Shown here: one piece after another, positions 24,962 to 33,045 of the stretch
Position numbering within the stretch: the first letter of the stretch is position 1
Layout: every line of letters begins with the position of its first letter
From: Candidatus Thiopontia autotrophica
Lineage (GTDB): Bacteria; Pseudomonadota; Gammaproteobacteria; GCF-002020875
NCBI GenBank assembly: GCA_014384675.1
Contig: JACNFK010000024.1
Location: forward strand, 17,018-81,017
Direction: 5' to 3'
Length of the DNA stretch: 64,000 nucleotides
Made by a program: the position numbers and the translations under genes
Notes under the pieces: model-generated
Database searches by the model: none
The model's input: only the letters and a program-made list of their open reading frames with translations
Told to the model about the DNA's origin: nothing

Positions 24962-25789
24962 CTAAAGTTGATCACCACGGCGGAACAGCATATATCCGAC
25001 AGAGGCAGCGACTGTACCTAGTACAAGAGGGTATGCCATAGCCCATACCAGATACCAGAACTCGCCAAAATGGTCGAGAATGAGATAGGCTGAGGGGCCG
25101 AGCAGAACAAGCTGAGGATCAAACAGCAGCATCGATGCGGTACGAAAAACCTGTAGTGGGTTGCTCAGTGCGATGGCAACAATAGTATCCGAGGGGATCT
25201 GTTGCTGAATCATTATGCCAAGCAGAATAAGATCCAGAAACAGTAGCAGGAAGAGCCAGATCATGAAGGCGCTACCCTGAGCCACATCTGGTGACCTGGC
25301 AATGGTGGAGATTAGCATCCCAATACCAAGGAAGCACCACGATAGAGAGAAGAGCATGGCTGTGTAGAAGAGGAAGATGGACCATGGAATCTCCATATCC
25401 TGAATAACTCCCCATGCAATTGCCCCTGCCATGGCAAGGAAAACAGGAAGGAAGACTACGGTAAAGCGACCAAACATCTTTCCCCAGAACCATGAGGAGA
25501 GAGATATGGGTAGTGAGAGCAGGTACTCAAAGATTCCTGCATCACGATCACCGGCGACAGAGCGTACTGTGGTTATCAGAATAAATATCGGGAGAATAGC
25601 CATTGATAGCTGAATGTATGTAATCAGGAGGCGGGAGAGTCCGACAAACCCCATTATTCTGGATTCAGTCAATCCAAAGGCAAATAGCAGGGCAATAATT
25701 CCCCCAAAGACAATTGAATATATAAGGAACCACTTGCTACGCAGTGACTCGGAGATATCTGCCTTTGCTGTCATCAAGGTGTGCTTCAT
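24962..25789 (-). CDS. nosY: ABC-2 type permease NosY
   Basis: Six TM helices, ~275 aa, overlaps the nosL stop by 4 bp. Context with nosD and nosF. Confidence 0.7.
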   Translation of the reverse strand: MKHTLMTAKADISESLRSKWFLIYSIVFGGIIALLFAFGLTESRIMGFVGLSRLLITYIQLSMAILPIFILITTVRSVAGDRDAGIFEYLLSLPISLSSWFWGKMFGRFTVVFLPVFLAMAGAIAWGVIQDMEIPWSIFLFYTAMLFSLSWCFLGIGMLISTIARSPDVAQGSAFMIWLFLLLFLDLILLGIMIQQQIPSDTIVAIALSNPLQVFRTASMLLFDPQLVLLGPSAYLILDHFGEFWYLVWAMAYPLVLGTVAASVGYMLFRRGDQL

Positions 25790-26415
25790 GGTTTGCTACC
25801 ATCCTGTGGCTGTTTGGGGCGATTGGCCTCTTCGGCACGGTGGGCAAGACGAGCCTTTAGTGAGGCATAGTAGCTCTCCTCCTGACTGAAGACAGAACTT
25901 CTCATCTCCAGGAAGCCGACTGAATCCTGAGTGGCTTTGGGTTGCGCACTAAAGCCATAATTCATCGGGGTATGGGTAACTTTTACATATTGTGCCTCTC
26001 TGGCGTTTAGCCACCCTCCATCTTGATAGTTGTTTACCCATATCTCGGTTTTTGGGTCATCTCTCCATGGCTGCTCTTCGAGCCAGAGTAGAGCACAGCC
26101 TATATCATCAAAAGTATATGGCTTATGGTGTTTGCCACCACGAATCTGGGCAGAGTGGTTGCGATCACTAAGTGCCATCATGCAACGATCACAATTGTCG
26201 CGATCCCAGGTGACATCAACCGGGCCTGTTGCGGGATCACCGCTACAACCAGCAAGAGAGAGCAATAGGGCCAGAGATGCCATCTTCAGTGAGTTTATGG
26301 TTGCCCATCTCACTGTCTGCTCTCCTCGATATTGACTGTTGCCAGCAAGGCGGCATAGCGTGAAAGTACTCCCAGAAAACGGAGGCGATCTGGTCCTGGA
26401 ATAGTTCCAGTCCAC
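25786..26415 (-). CDS. nosL: Copper-binding lipoprotein NosL (likely start MASLALLLSLAGCSG near 26285)
   Basis: Lipobox LAGC. CDRCMM..DRNHSAQI resembles the NosL CxxCxM copper motif. Confidence 0.65.
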   Translation of the reverse strand: MDWNYSRTRSPPFSGSTFTLCRLAGNSQYRGEQTVRWATINSLKMASLALLLSLAGCSGDPATGPVDVTWDRDNCDRCMMALSDRNHSAQIRGGKHHKPYTFDDIGCALLWLEEQPWRDDPKTEIWVNNYQDGGWLNAREAQYVKVTHTPMNYGFSAQPKATQDSVGFLEMRSSVFSQEESYYASLKARLAHRAEEANRPKQPQDGSKP

Positions 26416-27299
26416 TCTGTTTCAGAGTCCTGGTTGCTGAATCCCCATGAGCTGATGGCGGCAGAAAATGCTGGTTCGATACGAGTGGTCTTGATGGTGC
26501 AGTTGAGCAGGCTGGATAGCTCAACACTATCATCAACTCGATCATCCAGAATTACCTTGCCTCGATCCAGCTCAATCACCCGGTTTACCAGTGATGCAAC
26601 CTCATCAAGTCGATGGCTGGAGATCAGCATTGCGGTCTCTTTTCTCTTCTTCTCAAGCATGGAGAAGAGGATATGTCTGGCCTCAGGATCAAGGTTGGCA
26701 GCCGGCTCATCCATTATGAGTAGATTGGTAGGGCGCCCAAGCGCTATGGCAATCAGCAGTTTCTGTTTCTGCCCGCCAGAGAGTTTTACAAATGGCCTTT
26801 TTTTGATGGTATCCAGTCCGAGCCCCAACTGTTCAGCTACTGATGCCATCTCTTCTGTGGAGCACCCACAGACACTGGCAGAGAAATCGAGAAGTTGTTG
26901 AACCGGCATCTTTAGTGGTGGAGGGAGTTGGGGTACAAATCCTATCCGTGAGAGAACCTCTTTTCTCTCCTTGCGAGGGCTCTTGCCATCAAGGGTGATC
27001 TCTCCATCGCAGCTGTATTCACCGAGCAGACAGCGGATCAGAGTTGTCTTGCCGGCACCATTGGAGCCGATAAGGGCAACCCTGTCACCAGTCTTGATCT
27101 CCAGATCAAGCTCCTGCAGAACTGTGGTGCGTCTGAAGCTCTTTGATACCCCCTGCAAGATGATCATTTTTTCTTGCTCAGCCCTTTGAAGTGGTAGCTT
27201 AGAGAGTCTGTTGGACAGACATCTACACACATGCCGCACCTGGTGCAGTCGGGACCTATGCCCACATTCACATCTGGTGCACGTCCCTTGATTGTCCAC
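26310..27299 (-). CDS. nosF: ABC ATPase NosF (likely start MIILQGV near 27167)
   Basis: Walker A GSNGAGKTT, ABC signature LSGGQKQK, Walker B LLIMDEP. Confidence 0.8.
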   Translation of the reverse strand: MDNQGTCTRCECGHRSRLHQVRHVCRCLSNRLSKLPLQRAEQEKMIILQGVSKSFRRTTVLQELDLEIKTGDRVALIGSNGAGKTTLIRCLLGEYSCDGEITLDGKSPRKERKEVLSRIGFVPQLPPPLKMPVQQLLDFSASVCGCSTEEMASVAEQLGLGLDTIKKRPFVKLSGGQKQKLLIAIALGRPTNLLIMDEPAANLDPEARHILFSMLEKKRKETAMLISSHRLDEVASLVNRVIELDRGKVILDDRVDDSVELSSLLNCTIKTTRIEPAFSAAISSWGFSNQDSETEWTGTIPGPDRLRFLGVLSRYAALLATVNIEESRQ

Positions 27300-28156
27300 T
27301 CCAGCACATGTGGAACCAGACAGACCTTGCGGCAGTCTCCTTCATGGTGGCAGGCGTCAACATTGTAGTTGATCTTCAATGGGGAGAAGATACCAACAAA
27401 GCCATAGGTAAGGCCGATAGGGCAGGCATAGCGACACCAGGCTCTGCGCGAGTAGAGGATCTCTACAGTAAGCAGAAACAGTACCCAGAGCAGCGCAACT
27501 GTAGGGCCATAAATCAGTGCTCGACTCAGAATTCCCGTGGGGGAGATCGCCTCAAAAATCGTGTAACCGGTACCAAGTGCCAGGGCAATAAAGATGATAT
27601 ATAGGTAGAGGCGTGCCTTACGGTTAAAGAGATGGTTTTTGATTATCTTCTTTTCAACCAGTTTAATATGGATCATCTCGGCAAATTCCGAGAGCAGATG
27701 GTATGGGCAGACCCAGGAGCAGAAGGTGCGTCCGCCCAATAATAGCCAGAGGATAAGGATAGTGACAGTTCCAATAAGCAGGTTGATTACAACTGTCTTG
27801 AAGGCGAGCATCACCTGCAGAGCTGAGTTTAGGTCAGCCATATGGAATCCAAGAAAACGGGATGCAGTTAGTGCGCCCTCCAATACCTGGATATCCAGCG
27901 TATAGGAGACGACAAAAAGGAGGTTAATCAGGATTAGAGTGGTCCAGCGTCTTTTGCGCCACTTTTTGTTGTGAGTTTCACGATATATCTGGTGCTCTTC
28001 ACGTGCCTTTACCTTATCTATATCGCCATTTTTTCTCTTGCGCTCATGGAGCTCTTGCGCCGCGGCAGAAATTTTTTCAGGAGGAGTTTTGGCGGGGCTT
28101 TTCCCCATCATTATGTTGACGCAATACTTGCCGATCTTCATGCGACATCCTCCCAC
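27164..28156 (-). CDS. nosH: NosH, a NapH-like membrane ferredoxin
   Basis: CSWVCP and CPIGL motifs, two C-terminal 4Fe-4S motifs, paralogous to the ORF at 1894. Inside the nos cluster. Confidence 0.75.
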   Translation of the reverse strand: MGGCRMKIGKYCVNIMMGKSPAKTPPEKISAAAQELHERKRKNGDIDKVKAREEHQIYRETHNKKWRKRRWTTLILINLLFVVSYTLDIQVLEGALTASRFLGFHMADLNSALQVMLAFKTVVINLLIGTVTILILWLLLGGRTFCSWVCPYHLLSEFAEMIHIKLVEKKIIKNHLFNRKARLYLYIIFIALALGTGYTIFEAISPTGILSRALIYGPTVALLWVLFLLTVEILYSRRAWCRYACPIGLTYGFVGIFSPLKINYNVDACHHEGDCRKVCLVPHVLEWTIKGRAPDVNVGIGPDCTRCGMCVDVCPTDSLSYHFKGLSKKK

Positions 28157-28962
28157 ACTTTTCTCTCATCTATGACAATTGATGGAGCAGCAGTTGGGCA
28201 GACCATCTCGCAGACTCCGCATCCTACACATCCCTCCAGCACGGTAGGGCGGTAACGCAGGCCACCATCTGGCTTCTTCTCTACGGAAAGCATGATTGCC
28301 CGGTGTGGAGGACACTGATTCTTGTCTCCGGACGGTGGTTTACCTGCATCACACTGGTTGGCCCGTATCTCTATTGGACAGAGGCGAACGCAAAGATCAC
28401 AGAGTGGCAGATCAAAATGTTGTTCATTAAGTTGTTGTGGCTCCCAGCGGTCAATCTCGTCAAAGCGAAGCTTGCCGTTGTACTCGGGCCCACGGGTAAT
28501 CCCCCTGAACCCCTCTTTTTTCATCGCAAGACATTCATCTGGCAGTTCAAGGCGCGCGATCCCCATCCTGGTTTCATGGGAGTAGTTGATCTCATGGGTC
28601 AGTGCACCGGTTGGGCATGCCAGAACACACTGCAAGCCATCACAGGAGAAGTCACAAGCCTGGTCACGGGCATCAATATAGGCTGCCCCCTGACCCTGGC
28701 CATCAAAAATATCTGCCAACTCAATGGCCTCTACCGGACATACCTGAACACACTGCCCGCACTTGATGCAGGAGGCCAGGTACTCCTTCTCATCGAGGGC
28801 GCCGGGGGGGCGTAATCTAGGGGCAGTATTGCTTACTGTGGGTAGCAGGGTAAGTAATGAGAATCCTGTAACCCCAACAACCATGGCTGAGGTTCTCATG
28901 AACTCTCGACGCTCCCTCTCTTTTCTTGATAGACGCTTAGGTCTCTTCTCTGATTCGCTCAT
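28138..28962 (-). CDS. nosG: NosG, a NapG-like periplasmic poly-ferredoxin with a Tat signal
   Basis: RREFMR twin-arginine motif and four 4Fe-4S cysteine motifs. Overlaps the nosD stop. Confidence 0.75.
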   Translation of the reverse strand: MSESEKRPKRLSRKERERREFMRTSAMVVGVTGFSLLTLLPTVSNTAPRLRPPGALDEKEYLASCIKCGQCVQVCPVEAIELADIFDGQGQGAAYIDARDQACDFSCDGLQCVLACPTGALTHEINYSHETRMGIARLELPDECLAMKKEGFRGITRGPEYNGKLRFDEIDRWEPQQLNEQHFDLPLCDLCVRLCPIEIRANQCDAGKPPSGDKNQCPPHRAIMLSVEKKPDGGLRYRPTVLEGCVGCGVCEMVCPTAAPSIVIDERKVWEDVA

Positions 28963-30380
28963 TGCAGGCTATTCTCAAGTAGTCTTAGTGATGATGACCA
29001 ATCCTTTTTGGCCTGTTTTTCATCTTCAATTGTAGCTTCCTCTATTAAATCGTTCAGCTCTGCTGTTGTCTCGGCAACACGATTTTCACTGTTTAGTATA
29101 CGGCTATCCAGGGATGCCAATAGTGGTTTTTCATCCCTCAACAGTAGTGTTGGTTCAGAGAATGGGGCAAGCTGCTCAAGAAAATCAAGTGATGCAAGAA
29201 GTGGTGTTCCCATAAAGAAGCGGGCATCAGGGCGGTCCATCCAGAGTCGATCAGCATAGGCGTAGAGCTCGTAGGGCGTATCTCCAGTGCCGTCACTATT
29301 CTGATCAAATCCCTCATAGTCATCCCAGTGATTTCCTTCCCACACATTTTTGGTGGCACCGCCGTTTCCATCGACAGCCACCTGCGTGATGTTGTCCTTG
29401 AAGCTATTATTGCGCGCAACATTTCCCCACCACGGGGTATGGAAGAGCATACCGATGCCATTAAAGGCAATCAGGTTGTCCTCCATCAGGTTGATGGTAT
29501 CTGGTTGGTATGGGGATACATCACTATAGATGCCGGTGGCACAGTATAGAATCTTGTTGCCGGTGATTTTAACGTCACTGGTCTCCTTGAGCCCTATCCC
29601 CATCCCTGTTGTCCCCTGAGAGTGGGCTATATAGTTGTTTTTGATTACTGCACTATCACTGTACATCAGGAATATACCTACAGAGTTGTCTGTATACTCA
29701 TTCTCCTCAATCAGATTTCCCTGTGAGTACATAAAGTGGAGAGCATAGCGTCCACCGGATGATCTGTTGCGAGCAATGGTGTTGTCTTTCGAGTACCAGA
29801 CAACCATATCTCGAGAGTTGGTAATAATGTTATCGGTGACCTGGTTATCAAAGCTATACCAGAGTCGGACCGAGTCCCCCTGAAGACCAAGAGCCCGATC
29901 ACTTTTAGAGCTGATTTTGTTGCGACGAATAATGTTGTTCTTTGATTGGCTCAGGTCGATCCCGAACAGACACTCTTCTATGGAGTTGTCCTTCACTACA
30001 TTAAAGTCTCCCTTAACCTGAACCCCGGAATCTACATCATTATGAGAACCGCCAGAATTGATTAGGCGGAGATTCTGTAGAGTTGCTCCATCAGTATCCA
30101 GGTAAATTACACTTCCTTTTCCACCTGCATCAATGGTAACCCCATTCTTTCCATCAATGGTGATAGGGGTCTCAATGGTGACGGGACCAGCATATATTCC
30201 TGCTGGTGGTGTCAACAGACCACCCTTTGGGGTGGCATCTACAAGATCCTGAAAGGAGGGAAGATCTGTAGCCTTAGACTGAGGCATGATCACAGAAAGA
30301 GTTACAGTTAATGCTGTTAACAGTAACCAGCGTGTAGTGAGATGAGGTCGGTTCCAGCTCTCCACCATCACTTGTTTCAC
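28959..30380 (-). CDS. nosD: NosD, a periplasmic right-handed beta-helix protein for CuZ assembly
   Basis: Signal peptide and repeated PbH1-like units (NNxI..N, multiple N/D-rich turns), ~470 aa. Confidence 0.8.
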   Translation of the reverse strand: MKQVMVESWNRPHLTTRWLLLTALTVTLSVIMPQSKATDLPSFQDLVDATPKGGLLTPPAGIYAGPVTIETPITIDGKNGVTIDAGGKGSVIYLDTDGATLQNLRLINSGGSHNDVDSGVQVKGDFNVVKDNSIEECLFGIDLSQSKNNIIRRNKISSKSDRALGLQGDSVRLWYSFDNQVTDNIITNSRDMVVWYSKDNTIARNRSSGGRYALHFMYSQGNLIEENEYTDNSVGIFLMYSDSAVIKNNYIAHSQGTTGMGIGLKETSDVKITGNKILYCATGIYSDVSPYQPDTINLMEDNLIAFNGIGMLFHTPWWGNVARNNSFKDNITQVAVDGNGGATKNVWEGNHWDDYEGFDQNSDGTGDTPYELYAYADRLWMDRPDARFFMGTPLLASLDFLEQLAPFSEPTLLLRDEKPLLASLDSRILNSENRVAETTAELNDLIEEATIEDEKQAKKDWSSSLRLLENSLQ

Positions 30381-30410
30381 GTTTACGGACTTCGACTAAA
30401 TCGATCGGTT

Positions 30411-31622
30411 TTAATTGTGCGATGATTTCAGGCGAATCAGTGCAACTGCAGCCAGAACTACAGAGTTGAGCATGATTAGTCCAAAACCATAATTTGGGTA
30501 TGAGTAGGTGGCAAACTGGGCAACCTTGCCAACCCCAAATACGGTTGGCATAAATGGTTTTACAGTAAATGCACCCATCTCACTCAGATTGTGACCAAAC
30601 CACCAGAGCCATCCGGCGTAATCCATAATAAAGAATATTGGCAGTGCCATGGGAACAAGAATCAGTATCCAGGTAAAGATTTTCTCCATCTTCCAGAGGC
30701 CAATTATAATCAGTGCCATGGCAGCCAGCAGTCCGCCAAAGACAATATTGGTAATGGTCATAATTAGCTCGGTACGCTCAATATCAGTCATTCCTACCTT
30801 GTCTGCCATAATCCCGCAACGAGACATAAATTCACTCTGTTGCTGTTCGGTAGTCATGGATGAGTCACTCTGAATCATCTTGTACATTTCATGGAAGGTG
30901 GACATGACGGCAGGGGTCGCACCAGCGTTGACCAGGAGATCATTCAGATCTTCAAAAGGACGCTCCTGAGTTGCATATAGGTCAACATAGGTCATCTTTT
31001 CTGCATAACTGTCACAATCCACCCCAATGGTTGGGAAGTAGCGTGCCAGGGCCTCTTCATAACTCGCCTCGATAGCCTGGGTTCCGCTCCAGCTCTCTAT
31101 CTCTTCAGGATTTAGTTGCATGGTGCTCATCAAGTCGTCACGATAGGGAGAAGACTGCATATTCAATCCACCTTCGGTGTAAAGGGTGGTGTATGCCCAG
31201 CCAGCTATTACAATGGAACCAGCCCCCATCAGCATGATACGTTGTCGATTATTGGGTATGGCAAAGGCGATAATCATCAGCCCAAGCAAAACAAATACAA
31301 ATGGAGATACCGCACGCTCTACCGGGGCACCGGCAGCAATTGGATACATTCCCACATAGTGGTTGATGGCGTCCATCTCATGTTTGCAGTTGAGAGCCTC
31401 CTCCTCAAATTTCTCTTCGGTCTCGACTTTCTCGCAACCATTAAAGACACCATTGACGTGGAAGTGGATGCGAATCCCCTGAGGGAATGCAGCTTCTGGA
31501 TACTGCGGCGCCTTTAGTGATACCCACCAAACCGGGCTATAGAAGATGGAGATCAGCAGACCGATGGCAACCATGGAGAGGGTGCCGATAATAAAGTGCT
31601 GTTTTGTGCTGGTAGTGCTCAT
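30411..31622 (-). CDS. nosB: NosB-like polytopic membrane protein, a hallmark of clade II nos clusters
   Basis: 403 aa membrane protein between the nos cytochromes and nosD. Called from position and membrane topology. Confidence 0.55.
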   Translation of the reverse strand: MSTTSTKQHFIIGTLSMVAIGLLISIFYSPVWWVSLKAPQYPEAAFPQGIRIHFHVNGVFNGCEKVETEEKFEEEALNCKHEMDAINHYVGMYPIAAGAPVERAVSPFVFVLLGLMIIAFAIPNNRQRIMLMGAGSIVIAGWAYTTLYTEGGLNMQSSPYRDDLMSTMQLNPEEIESWSGTQAIEASYEEALARYFPTIGVDCDSYAEKMTYVDLYATQERPFEDLNDLLVNAGATPAVMSTFHEMYKMIQSDSSMTTEQQQSEFMSRCGIMADKVGMTDIERTELIMTITNIVFGGLLAAMALIIIGLWKMEKIFTWILILVPMALPIFFIMDYAGWLWWFGHNLSEMGAFTVKPFMPTVFGVGKVAQFATYSYPNYGFGLIMLNSVVLAAVALIRLKSSHN

Positions 31623-31747
31623 GTTGTAAAAACCCTTATATCTTTTGTTGTCTGGTTTTATTGCCCTGTCTTGTTCTATACGTCGTTACTCACTCCTCCA
31701 TGAGAAAATCTGGATTCACCCTCCTGTAGGGGAGGGTGAATCAAACA

Positions 31748-32476
31748 TTAGTCGTAGTCGGGGTTGATCCAGCCAACAGCCCCCAGATCCTCTGCAGGTA
31801 CAGGGATACGGGATGTATAGTCTATAACCGCCTTCATATCTGCATCACTGAATTCGGCAATCTGCTTGACCATGTCAGGGTTGGCATTACGGCGCTTGCC
31901 ATCACGAATCCACTCGAACTGACGCAACATATAGGCATAGTGCTGCCCATGGATCTTGGGATAGAACTTCTCCTGGTTGCCCTCACCATTGTCACCATGA
32001 CACTGTGTGCAGTTTTTCTTGTAGAGCTCTTCGCCTCGGGCAAGATCTGTTCCGTCACCCTTGCCATTGTCCGGGTTCATTGGCAGTTTGGCGATGTAGT
32101 CGGTTACATCTGCAATTGCCTGCTCGTCACCAATCGACTCAGGAAGGGCAAAAGGGTACATTGTTGGGTTATCACGATTCAGGGCACGAATATCTGCCAA
32201 CTGTTTGATCAGTACATTTTTGTGCTGTCCTGCCAGTTGGGGGAATGTTCCGTTCTGCATCCCCCACCCCTCCAGAAGGTGACATGCAGAGCAGACCTCG
32301 TATACCTCGATTCCATTCTCACGGTCAGGAGTAAGTGTCATTGCAACACTCTGCTCACCTTCACCGGTATTCCAGTCCTTTACATCGGTAACCTGTCCAC
32401 CGGCTGATACCGAGGCGTTAACTCCTATTCCAATAAATGCGACCCCAGCCACAATTGCCGTAATTTTCTTCATCAA
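31748..32476 (-). CDS. Dihaem cytochrome c (NosC2-like, c4 family)
   Basis: Signal peptide plus CSACH and CTQCHG motifs. Paralog of the ORF at 12482. Confidence 0.75.
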   Translation of the reverse strand: MMKKITAIVAGVAFIGIGVNASVSAGGQVTDVKDWNTGEGEQSVAMTLTPDRENGIEVYEVCSACHLLEGWGMQNGTFPQLAGQHKNVLIKQLADIRALNRDNPTMYPFALPESIGDEQAIADVTDYIAKLPMNPDNGKGDGTDLARGEELYKKNCTQCHGDNGEGNQEKFYPKIHGQHYAYMLRQFEWIRDGKRRNANPDMVKQIAEFSDADMKAVIDYTSRIPVPAEDLGAVGWINPDYD

Positions 32477-32566
32477 TATCTCTCCACTATGTTCTGTTTA
32501 TTCAGGCGTTCTATAGATTATGTGATAGAGCCATTTTTTGCTTTGATCTGTGTCAATGCTCTCTTT

Positions 32567-32887
32567 TTACTTCAGGGTTGATAGCCACTCGGCAATCTCT
32601 GCCATCTCTGTCTCATTAACCAGCCCCATTACACCTTGCATGGCGGCAGCACCGCCGTTATTACGAACTCCGGACTTGATATCCTTCATCTGATTAAGAG
32701 CATACTCTTTGCTCTGGCCAGCCAGTTTTGGGTATGTAGGAAGTACAGGGGTCTGTGCATCCTTTCCATGACATGCCCAGCATGTCTTGCTCTCATAGAG
32801 TGCTGCACCATCTGCCGATGCTGTTGTAGCCATTGTAGATAACATGGCTATTGATGTTGCTACCAGGAGAGTTTTACTAATATTCAT
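32567..32887 (-). CDS. Monohaem cytochrome c (NosC1-like, c551/c552 family)
   Basis: Signal peptide and a single CWACHG motif, 106 aa. Confidence 0.75.
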   Translation of the reverse strand: MNISKTLLVATSIAMLSTMATTASADGAALYESKTCWACHGKDAQTPVLPTYPKLAGQSKEYALNQMKDIKSGVRNNGGAAAMQGVMGLVNETEMAEIAEWLSTLK

Positions 32888-32983
32888 TATCTATTCCTCT
32901 GTTCAATTATTGTCAAACTGCATTAGATCCTATTCAAACTTTATTTCCAAACTATTTCAGAACAGTTTTTCAAGGAATTTTTA

Positions 32984-33018
32984 TTAAAAAAGGGGAGAGC
33001 AATAAATGCTCTCCCCTT
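32984..33018 (-). terminator. Rho-independent terminator directly after nosZ (minus strand)
   Basis: On the minus strand, ggggagagcatttattgctctcccc followed by TTTTTT. Confidence 0.6.
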
Positions 33019-33045
33019 AAGGACTAACAGTGTGTTAGTTGCGCA

